In this document: piece by piece, positions 1 through 9,528 of the stretch
Layout of the letters: the number at the start of each line of letters is the position of its first letter
Position numbering within the stretch: the first letter of the stretch is position 1
From: an uncultured Bacteroidia bacterium
GTDB lineage: Bacteria > Bacteroidota > Bacteroidia > Bacteroidales > UBA932
Length of the DNA: 64,000 nucleotides
Assembly (NCBI GenBank): GCA_902766255.1
Contig: CACXCS010000008.1
Span: 2,132-66,131, forward strand
Direction: 5' to 3'
Program-made: the position numbers and the translations under genes
The notes under the pieces: model-generated
Told to the model about the DNA's origin: nothing
The model's database searches: none
The model's input: the letters and a program-made list of their open reading frames with translations, nothing else

Positions 1-296
1 CAGATACCATAGGTTTTGTTCTCTATGCGCACTAGGGCGGCCTCAAGATTCTGGATAAACTTGTACTGGCGCTGGGCCAACTGGCTGGCCTCCTCCTTGG
101 AGAGCTGGTTGGCACCGTCGTCCTCGACGGTTTTGAACGAGGGGGACGTATCCTCGATATCGTTCGAGCCGTTGTGCATTATCACTTGGCGGAGCGTGTT
201 GTACTCAGCCCTGGCCTTGGCCAGCATTTCGTCGATAATTGCCTTGAATTCGGCCAGTTCCTCGTCGGAATAGCGGGTTTTAGTTTCTTCTGCCAT
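1..296 (-). CDS. TraR/DksA-family C4 zinc-finger protein (3' end beyond window); in frame with ileS with no intervening stop
   Basis: Hand translation from ATG at 296 gives MAEETKTRYSDEELAEFKAIIDEMLAKARAEYNTLRQ...AQRQYKFIQNLEAALVRIENKTYGI(C). The ALxRIExxTYGIC signature is typical, and the gene normally follows ileS in Bacteroidetes. Confidence 0.9.
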   Translation of the reverse strand, partial: MAEETKTRYSDEELAEFKAIIDEMLAKARAEYNTLRQVIMHNGSNDIEDTSPSFKTVEDDGANQLSKEEASQLAQRQYKFIQNLEAALVRIENKTYGI

Positions 297-3200
297 ATTC
301 TGGTTGCGATTAAGGTTTATTTTTATGGATTCATCATCCCACGCCACGGTAGCGGCGCTTGCAGGAGCCTCTGACAGGGGCTTCAGCTCCAGGGATGTTG
401 ACAGGGTCTGTGATGCGACGTAATCGCCGAAGGCATCAAGCGCCTTTGAGATGGTTTCGCGGGCGGCGCCGTCGGCAAAGATCTCCGTGCTGATACGGTC
501 TGTGAGTTCAAAACCGCTTTCCTTGCGGAGATTCTGTATGGGATGGATGAGCTCGCGGGCAGTACCTTCGAGCACAAGTTCCGGTGTCTGGACGATATCC
601 AGGGCCACGGTCAGGCTGCCTTCGGTAGCCACGAGCCAGCCCGGCATATCCTCGGAGCTTATTTCATAGTCGCCGGGATGGAGGGACACCGGACCTGAGG
701 GCAGATCCAGCACGTAATCGCCTGAGCGCTCGATCGAGCCGATAACCTCCTGGTCAAGGCTGGCGAAAGCTGCGGCGATTTCCTTCATCTGCTTGCCATA
801 GATCTTGCCGAGGGTCTTGAAGTTGGGCTTGATCTTTTTGGTGATTATGCCGGTAGTGTCATGCAGGAACTCCAACTGCTTGACATTAACCTCGGTAAGG
901 AAGATGTCCTGCACCTTCTCAATGTGCGAGCGCACCTCGTCGTCTAGAACGGGCACGAGCACTTTGGCCAGGGGTTTACGGACGTTGATACCCACCTTCT
1001 TGCGGAGGGCGAGCACCATTGACGATGCCTTCTGCGCAAAGGACATGCTTTCCTCCAGGGCCTCGTCGACCAGGGTCTGGTTGCTCTGGGGCATGCTCTC
1101 GAAATGGACCGAGTCGCTGCCTGGCACCAGGTCCAGCCACAGCCTCTCCATGAAGAATGGAGCAATGGGCGCTGCAATCAGGGCCACTCCCTTAAGTACC
1201 TCATAGAGTGTCTGATAGCACGCCAGTTTGTCCTTGCCCATGCCGGAGCCCCACATGCGTTTCTTGTTGAGACGGATGTACCAATTGCTTAGGTCGTCGC
1301 ACACGAAATCCTGTATCAAGCGGCCTGCAGAGGTGATATCATAGTCTTCGTATGACTCTTTGACCTTGCGCTCCAGAGTATTGAGCTTGCTGATTATCCA
1401 GCGGTCAAACATGGGACGGAAGGCGTAGGGCACATGTGCCTCGGAAGGATCGAAGCCGTCGATGTTGGCGTACAGGGCAAACACCGAGTAGGAATTGTAC
1501 AAGGTACCGAAAAACTTGCGGCGGACCTCCTCGACTCCTGCCTCGTCGAACTTGAGATTGTCCCAGGGCTGGGCGTTGGTGAGCATATACCAGCGGAGGG
1601 CGTCGGGGCCGTATGTATCCATGGCCTTGAAGGGATCGACGGCATTGCCGAGACGCTTGCTCATCTTCTCGCCTTTCTTGTCCAGCACCAGACCGTTGGA
1701 AATCACGCGTCTGAAAGCGGGAGTGCCGCTGACCATGGTGTGGATGGCATGCAGGGTATAGAACCACCCGCGTGTCTGGTCCACGCCCTCGGCAATGAAA
1801 TCGGCGGTACAGCCGAAGTCTGGGGTATCAATGCCGCGAAGGCCAGTCTGGGCGTAAGGCATGGCGCCGGAATCGAACCATACGTCGATAAGGTCTGTCT
1901 CGCGGGTCATTTTACGGCCGCTTTCCGACACCAGGAATATATTGTCGACGTAGGGCCTGTGAAGGTCGATCTTGTCGTAGTTCTGCTTGCTCATGTCGGC
2001 GGGGTCGAAACCGGCGTCCTTCAAAGGATTGGACGCCATGAACCCGGCCTTGACCGACTCTTCTATGCGCTCGTACAGCTCACGGACGCTGCCTATGCAA
2101 ATTTCTTCCCTGCCGTCTTCGGTACGCCACACAGGAAGGGGCGTGCCCCAGTAGCGGCTGCGGCTGAGGTTCCAGTCCTGGATGTTCTCGAGCCACTTTC
2201 CGAAGCGACCGGTACCGGTTGATTCGGGTTTCCAGGTGATGGTGTCGTTGAGCTCCATCATCTTTTCCTTCACTGCAGAGGCACGGATGAACCAGCTGTT
2301 CAGAGGATAGTAAAGGACAGGCTTGTCGGTACGCCAGCAATGAGGATATGTATGGACGTGCTTTTCGATGCGGAAGGCTTTGTTTGCGGCCTTGAGCATG
2401 ACGCAGATGTCAACGTCCAGAGTGGGGGCATCGGGGGCCAATGTGCTGTCGTATGCGTTTTTGACATAACGGCCAGCCCACTCCCGGTAAGAATCATCGA
2501 CGCGGTCGGCTACGTACGCGGGATCGAGGTCTTCAAGACGGTAGAACCGTCCCTTGGGGTCCACCTGGGCCTGTGGATTGCCGTCACGATCGGTTACGAA
2601 GAGGCCGGGCACGCCAGCCAGGCGGGCAACCTTGGCATCATCGGCGCCAAAGGTAGGGGCGATGTGAACTATGCCGGTACCATCTTCGGTGGTGACATAA
2701 TCACCGGGGATTACGCGGAAGGCGCCCTCGTCGGGACGGAACCAGGGGATGAGCTGCTCATAGCGCATACCCACCAGGTCACGGCCTTTAACGGTGCCGG
2801 GGAGCACCTCGAAGGGGACCTTGTCGTTGAACCAAGCCCCTACAAGTGCCTGAGCGAGTATATACGTGGCAGGAGCTCCCGTATAAGGGTTGGTGCTGCG
2901 GACCTTGACGTAATCGATATCTGGGCCAACGCACAGAGCCGTATTGGACGGAAGGGTCCAGGGTGTGGTGGTCCATGCAAGGAAATACAGATCATCTTCG
3001 CCTTTCACCTTGAACTGGGCGCAGACGGTGGTGTCTTTGACGTCGCGGTAGCAACCGGGCTGATTGAGCTCATGCGTGCTCAGGCCCGTGCCGGCAGCGG
3101 GGCTGTATGGCTGTATGGACTTGCCCTTGTACAGCAGGCCCTTGCCATAGATGTCCTTAAGGAGATACCATAGAGTCTCGATGTAGCGGTTGTCGTAGGT

Positions 3201-3647
3201 GATATACGGGTCGTCCATGTCCACCCAGTAACCGATGCGCTCGGTAAGGGTGCGCCACTCGGCAGTGTATTTCATGACCTCCTGGCGGCAGGCGGCATTG
3301 TAGTCGGCGACGCTGATCTTGTTGCCTATGTCTTCCTTGGTGATGCCGAGCTTCTTTTCCACCCCCAGCTCGACGGGGAGTCCGTGGGTGTCCCAGCCTG
3401 CCCTGCGGCGCACCAGGAAGCCGTTCTGGGTTTTGTAACGGCAGATGGCGTCCTTGATGCTGCGGGCCATGACGTGGTGTATACCGGGCATGCCGTTGGC
3501 GCTGGGAGGACCTTCAAAGAAAATGAATTCAGGGGCGCCTTGACGTAACTGCAGGGATTTCTCGAATGCGTGCCTCTCTTTCCACCGCTCCAGTATCTCA
3601 TTCCCGGCGGCTACAAGGTCCAAGCCTTTATATTCTTTGAATGTCAT
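297..3647 (-). CDS. ileS: Isoleucine--tRNA ligase (IleRS2 type); no stop codon before the downstream dksA-like ATG
   Basis: Hand translation gives MTFKEYKGLDL...FFEGPPSANGMPGIHHV, GWDTHGLPVE and EKMSKRLG. It is absent from the ORF track because this frame has no stop before the window edge. Confidence 0.97.
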
Positions 3648-3657
3648 ATTTTTTCGT

Positions 3658-3665
3658 TACTTTTG
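3658..3665 (+). promoter_or_regulatory. Bacteroidetes -7 promoter element (TACTTTTG) for cvpA-tsaB
   Basis: Matches the TAnnTTTG consensus upstream of the ATG at 3793. Confidence 0.55.
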
Positions 3666-3671
3666 CACTCG

Positions 3672-3746
3672 CAGCGCTGCCTGCACGGGGCCAAGGGCCC
3701 ATAGAACCAAGCAGAAAGGGCCCTTGGCCCCGTGCAGGCAGCGCTG
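3672..3746. repeat. Perfect 29-bp inverted repeat with 17-nt loop (simple long-hairpin element)
   Basis: CAGCGCTGCCTGCACGGGGCCAAGGGCCC-ATAGAACCAAGCAGAAA-GGGCCCTTGGCCCCGTGCAGGCAGCGCTG. Confidence 0.95.
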
Positions 3747-3762
3747 ACATTTTTAAAACTTG

Positions 3763-3770
3763 CAAATATA
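3763..3770 (-). promoter_or_regulatory. Bacteroidetes -7 promoter element (TATATTTG) for ileS
   Basis: The reverse complement of CAAATATA matches TAnnTTTG. Confidence 0.55.
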
Positions 3771-3792
3771 AGAATTTAATAGCTTTTTAACA

Positions 3793-4332
3793 ATGGCAAC
3801 CTTTGATATCATCTTGCTGGCGCTTTTCATTCCCGGGATTATCCTGGGCCTCGCCAAAGGAGTTGTGAGTCAAATAGTTTCGCTGGTAGCGGTAATTGTG
3901 GGCATCATTCTGGCCAGCCGTTTTTCGCCGGATCTTACCCAAGTAGCCATGCTTCAGTTCGGCACCGAGGAGCCGGTAACGCACATCGTATGCTTTATCC
4001 TTATCTTCCTTACGTCTGCCCTGGTCATGGCCCTGGTAGGTAAATTGATTACCAAACTCATCAAGGTTGCTACCCTGGGATGGCTCAACCGCCTGCTTGG
4101 GATGATATTCTCGATTTTTACTACAGCTCTCATGCTGGGGCTGCTGATTTCGCTGTTCGAGGGACTCAACGCCAACTGGGGTCTCGTTGATCCCGAGAAA
4201 CTGGCCGACCTGAAAGTCTACCCCGTGCTGAGGGATTTTGCAGCAGGTATAGTTCCGCAGTTGAAAGTATTTATCGATCAGTGTTTTAACGGGGCGTCCA
4301 CAGTGCCCGCCGAGCAATGCCAGTCCGTATAA
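3793..4332 (+). CDS. CvpA (colicin V production) family membrane protein
   Basis: Four hydrophobic segments; N-terminal DIILL...GLAKG and the LGWLNRLLG motif. Confidence 0.9.
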   Translation: MATFDIILLALFIPGIILGLAKGVVSQIVSLVAVIVGIILASRFSPDLTQVAMLQFGTEEPVTHIVCFILIFLTSALVMALVGKLITKLIKVATLGWLNRLLGMIFSIFTTALMLGLLISLFEGLNANWGLVDPEKLADLKVYPVLRDFAAGIVPQLKVFIDQCFNGASTVPAEQCQSV

Positions 4333-5129
4333 TCCTGCTTGAAACTTCCACCTCGCTGTGCTCCGTTGCGCTCCTCGAGGATGACAGAATAACCGCAGTC
4401 CGCAAGAGTGACACTCCCCGTGCCCATGCGTCCATGACGGCTCCTTACGTCAAAGAGATTCTGGACGAGAGGGGGCTTAGGGTGAGCGACTGCGATGCGG
4501 TGTGTCTGAGCATGGGGCCGGGATCTTACACCGGCCTGCGCGTAGGGTCTTCTACTGCTAAGGGCCTGTGTTTCGGAGGGGGTATTCCCCTGCTTGCCGT
4601 AGGCACTCTTGACGTGCTTGTTGCACAAGCGCTCGAGGCCGGCCTGCCCGAAGGATGTACGCACATAGTGCCGATGATCGACGCCCGCCGAATGGAAGTA
4701 TATACAACCCTCTATTCTGCTGATAGCCAACGGCTTACAGACGTTTCCCCACAAATCGTTGACGACGCTTTCGCGAAGAGGCTGGCCGAAGTTGCAGGAG
4801 GCATTGTCTCCAAAAACTGTAGCCGCCCTCGGCTCCATAAGAGGGAGGGACACGCAAGCGAAGCGCAATGGGAGGGGTCGCGTAGCGACGTTTTTGGAGA
4901 CAATGCCTCCTGCAACGAAGGAATCCTTTTCATCGGTGACGGGGTGCAGAAGTGCGAGGAGGTGCTGGGAGGCAAAGGCCGGTGGTTCCGCCAGGAATGC
5001 CCGACGGCCGAAGCCATGAAAAATCCGGCCCTCGCTGAGCTGAGAGCCGGAAATTTCAGGGATATCGCTTACTTTGAGCCTTTCTATCTCAAGGACTTCG
5101 TAGCCACCGTAGGCAAGAAACTCTTCTAA
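4317..5129 (+). CDS. tsaB: tRNA threonylcarbamoyladenosine biosynthesis protein TsaB, carrying a 42-aa palindrome-derived insertion
   Basis: ETST, GPGSYTGLRVG, PMIDARRMEVY and YFEPFYLK motifs. Confidence 0.95.
   Translation: MPVRIILLETSTSLCSVALLEDDRITAVRKSDTPRAHASMTAPYVKEILDERGLRVSDCDAVCLSMGPGSYTGLRVGSSTAKGLCFGGGIPLLAVGTLDVLVAQALEAGLPEGCTHIVPMIDARRMEVYTTLYSADSQRLTDVSPQIVDDAFAKRLAEVAGGIVSKNCSRPRLHKREGHASEAQWEGSRSDVFGDNASCNEGILFIGDGVQKCEEVLGGKGRWFRQECPTAEAMKNPALAELRAGNFRDIAYFEPFYLKDFVATVGKKLF
4791..4916. mobile_element. Structured palindromic element A (perfect 27-bp arms plus 72-nt core), in frame in tsaB
   Basis: Arms at 4791-4817 and 4890-4916; core homologous to 57099-57169 and 59531-59601. 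Length is 126 bp = 42 codons. Mobility is inferred, not shown. Confidence 0.75.
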
Positions 5130-6487
5130 CCCAGATAAGCGCCGTTCTCCAGAAGGTCAGTCCGGACTTTCTTCACGTCGACCTGCGAAGGCAGCACGCC
5201 GTCCTCCAGAGCAATGCGCGCGGCCGAGCCGGCGGCCTCACCAAGCGCCATGCAGGTGGACATTACGCGGGTTCCGGCCATGGCCTCGTGGTTCATCGAT
5301 GAGCAGCGGCCCGCTACCAGCAGGGACTCCACCTTCTCGGGAACAAGCACGCGGTAAGGGATATCGTAAGCGTCTTCAGTAAATATCATGGTGCAGTCCC
5401 CGCCCGTAGAGTGGTGTATATCTACTGGATAGCCCGCAACCACCACGGCATCGTCGAACTTGCGCATGGACACGATATCCTCGGCCGTAAGCACATACTT
5501 GCCAACTATAACTCGGCTCTCGCGTATGCCAGTAAAAGGAGAAACTATCTCCATGTGAGCATTTTCGAATCCAGGCACAAAGCGGCGCAGATACTCGTTG
5601 AGCACCTTGATCTGCTTGTGTGCTGTAAGCTCGCAACGGGTATAGCTTGAAGGCTCTGTGCTGTCGGTTCCGCTTACACGCACCATGTTCACCCATATCT
5701 CGTCGGGCTTCAGTCCTGTAATAAGGATCGTACGTGACACCGGAATATCTAGCCCGGCCTCCCGGGCCTTGAGTATCTGGCCACGAAGGCCCACGGTTAT
5801 GAAATGGCGCCGCGTAAACTGCGAGTGCGGCATATTGTCCATGTCATAAATGTCAGGATGCTGCACAATGGCATCCCGGAGGGCCTGCACGTCAACACCC
5901 CGCATCTGGTACATCAGAGTAGGAGGCTGCATTCCGCCGTCGGCGTCGCCCTTGTGGCATTCTACGCCGGCACGGAAAGCAACATCGCCGTCGCCGGTAC
6001 AGTCGATGACAGTCTTGGCTAGGATGGCCTCGCGGCCGCACTTGCTCTCTATGATAACGCCCTGTACTTTGTCTCCGTCTTTCAGGACCCCGCAGCAAAA
6101 TACATACATAAGTACTTCAACTCCAGCCTCCTCCATCATTTCGGCACAGACGTTCTTTACCTCTTCGCCGTCGACCATGGTAAAGGACTTGTGCAGCTTG
6201 CACGGGAAGTGGTCGGTAGCAGCGCCGCGGGCCTTGAGGCGGTCGATGAACTTCTGGGGCTCGCCCTTGATAATCTGGTTGCCCTTGGGGCCCAGGAAGG
6301 CCAGGATAGGCAGGCCGATTGTCAGGTTACCGCCGAGGAATCCCCTGCTTTCGAGCAACATAACTTTGTGGTTTCCCTTGCGCGCAGCAGCATAGGCCGC
6401 CATCACGCCGGAAGGACCGCCGCCTACCACGAGGATGTCGACCTCGGCGCGGACCTTTATATCCCTTGCGGGTTCGTGAATCGTCAT
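5126..6487 (-). CDS. FAD-dependent oxidoreductase
   Basis: VVGGGPSG Rossmann motif, plus IDCTGDGD, GIRESR, YDIPYR and LLVAGRC. Confidence 0.9.
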   Translation of the reverse strand: MTIHEPARDIKVRAEVDILVVGGGPSGVMAAYAAARKGNHKVMLLESRGFLGGNLTIGLPILAFLGPKGNQIIKGEPQKFIDRLKARGAATDHFPCKLHKSFTMVDGEEVKNVCAEMMEEAGVEVLMYVFCCGVLKDGDKVQGVIIESKCGREAILAKTVIDCTGDGDVAFRAGVECHKGDADGGMQPPTLMYQMRGVDVQALRDAIVQHPDIYDMDNMPHSQFTRRHFITVGLRGQILKAREAGLDIPVSRTILITGLKPDEIWVNMVRVSGTDSTEPSSYTRCELTAHKQIKVLNEYLRRFVPGFENAHMEIVSPFTGIRESRVIVGKYVLTAEDIVSMRKFDDAVVVAGYPVDIHHSTGGDCTMIFTEDAYDIPYRVLVPEKVESLLVAGRCSSMNHEAMAGTRVMSTCMALGEAAGSAARIALEDGVLPSQVDVKKVRTDLLENGAYLG

Positions 6488-8052
6488 AATTCGAATTGAG
6501 CTAATTCTTGATATCTTAGGTAACGGCGCATATAGAACTCATGGCGCTGAGAGTCAGGAATATAAGTCGCACAAGCACCGGGACACATGGCGTCCTCGGC
6601 CTCCAGTACAGAAGGATACAGACCAGCCGCCACGGCACCGTGGATTGCGGCACCCATAGCGCATGCATCGCTGCATTCGGATACCTCTACAGGGGCGCCC
6701 AGAACATCGCAGAGAGTTTGCATCACAAAAGGACTCTTCTTGGCAATTCCGCCCACGGCAATCATCTTGTCGATGCGGATGCCTCCGTCCAGATACTGGT
6801 CGATGCAGGCCTTCGAACCGAATGCGGCAGCCTCCACCAAGGCCCTGTAAATCTCTGCCGGGCCGGTAGTTATGCGCAGTCCGGCGATATTGGCCGTGAC
6901 GGTATTACTGGGGTTGGGGGCGCGACGTCCGTTGAAAAAGTCGGTAGCCAGGGGCAGGTCCTCGCGAAGTGCGATACGCTCCGCCTCGGAGGCAAGTTCG
7001 TCCAGCGGACGTCCGCTCAGGCGCTTGAACCACGCAAATATATCTCCGAAAGCCGAAAGTCCGGTTTCGTATCCCATGAAGCCCTCGAGTATGGTACCCT
7101 CGCTCTGGCCGAAGAGCCCCTCGATAAAGTGACCCTTCATCTCCCCAACGGGCATGACAGCCATGTAACACGCTGATGTCCCAAGGTTAAGGACGGCCAC
7201 GCCGGGGCGCACGCCGGCTCCCACCGCACCGGAATGGGCATCGCAGTTGCCCACTCCAACAACCACATCAGTACTCAGACCGAGCCTTGCAGCCCACTCG
7301 GGGCAGAGATGTCCTGCAGCACGGGAACTTGCGTAGTTGACTTGAGGGATACGGCGAAGCACAGGAAGCAGCAGAGGGTCGATTTCCTCGAAGAACCACT
7401 CGGGGGGATAACCGCCCCAATCGCTGTTCCACAGCTGCTTGGCTCCGGGGATGCAATGGCCCCACTTCATACCCTCGAAACTGCGGCATCCGGTCAGGAG
7501 GTTGGTGATGAAATCGCACTCGTCCACAAAGGCATAAGCCTTTTCACGCACGGCGGAGTTGGTGCGCAGCACGTGCAGCACCTTTGCCCAAGTGCACTCG
7601 GCGGAATAGTGGTTACCGCTCTGGCAGATGTAGTTGGGGGTATGGCGGGCACCGGCGGCAGTGAATTCTTCAGCCTCTACCGTGCCTGTATGGTCCTTCC
7701 ATAGGATGAACATGGCATCCGGATCCTCCGCGAACTCCGGCTGGAGCGACAGGGGAAGGCCCTTATCGTCGGTAAAGCAAACTGTGCTTCCGGTGGTATC
7801 CACCGCGACGGCCTTGATGCACGGCGGGTCGGGGCAAGCGGCCACAACTTCCTTGAGCACACCCTCCAGGCACTCTATGTAGTCCAGAGGATGCTGGCGG
7901 AACTGCTGCGACAAAGGGTCGCACCAACTGCCCTCGGCCCAACGGGGATAAGCCCTTACAGCAGAAGCGATTATGCCTCCGCTGGCAGCATCGACGAGCA
8001 CGGCCCTGGCCGAATCGGTTCCGTAATCGATGCCTATTGTGAACTGTTTCAT
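6484..8052 (-). CDS. araB: Ribulokinase (FGGY kinase family)
   Basis: IGIDYGTDSAR, QHPLDY, VDTTGST, LWKDHT, DAHSGAVG and FNGRR motifs. Confidence 0.85.
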   Translation of the reverse strand: MKQFTIGIDYGTDSARAVLVDAASGGIIASAVRAYPRWAEGSWCDPLSQQFRQHPLDYIECLEGVLKEVVAACPDPPCIKAVAVDTTGSTVCFTDDKGLPLSLQPEFAEDPDAMFILWKDHTGTVEAEEFTAAGARHTPNYICQSGNHYSAECTWAKVLHVLRTNSAVREKAYAFVDECDFITNLLTGCRSFEGMKWGHCIPGAKQLWNSDWGGYPPEWFFEEIDPLLLPVLRRIPQVNYASSRAAGHLCPEWAARLGLSTDVVVGVGNCDAHSGAVGAGVRPGVAVLNLGTSACYMAVMPVGEMKGHFIEGLFGQSEGTILEGFMGYETGLSAFGDIFAWFKRLSGRPLDELASEAERIALREDLPLATDFFNGRRAPNPSNTVTANIAGLRITTGPAEIYRALVEAAAFGSKACIDQYLDGGIRIDKMIAVGGIAKKSPFVMQTLCDVLGAPVEVSECSDACAMGAAIHGAVAAGLYPSVLEAEDAMCPGACATYIPDSQRHEFYMRRYLRYQELAQFEL

Positions 8053-9140
8053 TTCAACAGGCGCTGAAGTTCTTTGTCGAGGGCGTCCTTCCCGCTGAGG
8101 TCGGTAGTGGTCATGGAACCGTCAGCCAGAAGGAAACTCGTGGGGGTGGAGGTCACGTTGAACAGCATGACCGCAGATGAAGCCCAGCCACGTCCGTCGT
8201 TGACGTTGATCCAGGGCAGGTCCTGGGCCTTTACGACCGATGCCCAGGCAGACTTGTCCGGGTTGAGGTCGATGGCGTAGATCTCGAAACCCTTGGCGTG
8301 CCAGCGCTCCCAGTGGGACTTGAGCACGTCGATGTTGAACATCTTGTGCGTGGCGTCGGAAGAATCCCAGAAGTGCAGCATCACCACCTTGGCGTCAAGC
8401 CCAGAAAGAGCCTGGCGCTGACCGTTGATGTCGGGGAGGCTCAGATCGGGATATCCACGCTCCTCGGCGCTGTCTATCAAGCTTTTGACCTGCATGGCAT
8501 TCTCGCGGCGGACGGTTTCTTTTTCAAGTGCCTTGACGTAGCGGGAATCGGGATAGACAGTTTTCAACGTGTCGGTCAGCTTGCGGAAAAGGATGGCGTC
8601 GGTGTACTGATTGAACACCGGAGTATACTGGTCAAGCTGCTCGAACAGAACGGGCATCACGGTAAGGGAAGTAGGATTGGACATCACGTACTTCACATCG
8701 TCGCGGTAATGTGCGATGAAGATGCGCGAAAGCTCCTTGGGGTCCATTGTGGAATCCATGTCTTTCTGGAATCGGGCATAGGCGAGCTCGCGTGACTGAA
8801 GTTTCTGCGACTCCGGGGAGCCCTGAACCTCGTAATTACCAAGTGTATCGGCCTTTACGCTCACTTTTGAGCCTGCTTCCAGCAAGAGGGATGCAATCTT
8901 AGTATCTTTGTAAAAGAGGTATACGAACTCGGGATTCCCGGGCTGCACGGACATGGTGTAGCGGGCACTGCCGGAAGCGTCGGCAGCAATGGTGTCGAGC
9001 ACTTTGTATGTGTTTATTTCCAGCTGGCGCACGACGATTCCGGCGCCGGGAGCCTGTGCTACTGTGCAGTCGATACGGGCTTTCGGGGTGCAGGCGGCAA
9101 GCACAAGCGCCGCAGCGGCAATGAGTTTAAAGTTTCTCAT
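8049..9140 (-). CDS. Lipoprotein with C-terminal TlpA/AhpC-TSA thioredoxin-like domain lacking CxxC
   Basis: Lipobox LAAC; PDLSLPDING...KVVMLHFW...GFEIYAI...LPWINV. Confidence 0.8.
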   Translation of the reverse strand: MRNFKLIAAAALVLAACTPKARIDCTVAQAPGAGIVVRQLEINTYKVLDTIAADASGSARYTMSVQPGNPEFVYLFYKDTKIASLLLEAGSKVSVKADTLGNYEVQGSPESQKLQSRELAYARFQKDMDSTMDPKELSRIFIAHYRDDVKYVMSNPTSLTVMPVLFEQLDQYTPVFNQYTDAILFRKLTDTLKTVYPDSRYVKALEKETVRRENAMQVKSLIDSAEERGYPDLSLPDINGQRQALSGLDAKVVMLHFWDSSDATHKMFNIDVLKSHWERWHAKGFEIYAIDLNPDKSAWASVVKAQDLPWINVNDGRGWASSAVMLFNVTSTPTSFLLADGSMTTTDLSGKDALDKELQRLLK

Positions 9141-9528
9141 ACTCAGCCAGAATGGATGCGGCGATGCCGGCCTGCTGATCCGGGGTCAGAACCGGACGCT
9201 CCTTGCGGAAATTCAGGTCGCCCTCGGTCTGGAGGGGAACCAGATGAATGTGGGTGTGGGGAACCTCCATGCCAAGCACGGCTACACCAACCCTTTTGCA
9301 GGGCACTGCTGCCTTTATGGCCAGGGCGACCTTGCGGGCAAATGCCCAGAGGCCGGCGTATGTAGCTTCGTCGAGGTGGAAGATATAATCGTCCTCGACG
9401 TTCTTGGGGATTACCAGGGTGTGGCCCGGAGCCAGGGGGTTAATGTCCAAAAAGGCGTAGAACTCATCGCTCTCCGCCACTTTCCATGAAGGGATTTCGC
9501 CCTTCGCAATTTTGGTAAAGATTGTCAT
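9127..9528 (-). CDS. HIT family nucleotide hydrolase
   Basis: IFTKI, FLDINP, GHTLVIPK and the HTHIH histidine triad. Confidence 0.95.
   Translation of the reverse strand: MTIFTKIAKGEIPSWKVAESDEFYAFLDINPLAPGHTLVIPKNVEDDYIFHLDEATYAGLWAFARKVALAIKAAVPCKRVGVAVLGMEVPHTHIHLVPLQTEGDLNFRKERPVLTPDQQAGIAASILAEYEKL

Noticed and set aside
297-320. Alternative genetic code as the explanation for the missing ileS stop
   Set aside because: TAA, TAG and TGA all terminate other genes normally in this window, and no sense codon behaves as a stop elsewhere.
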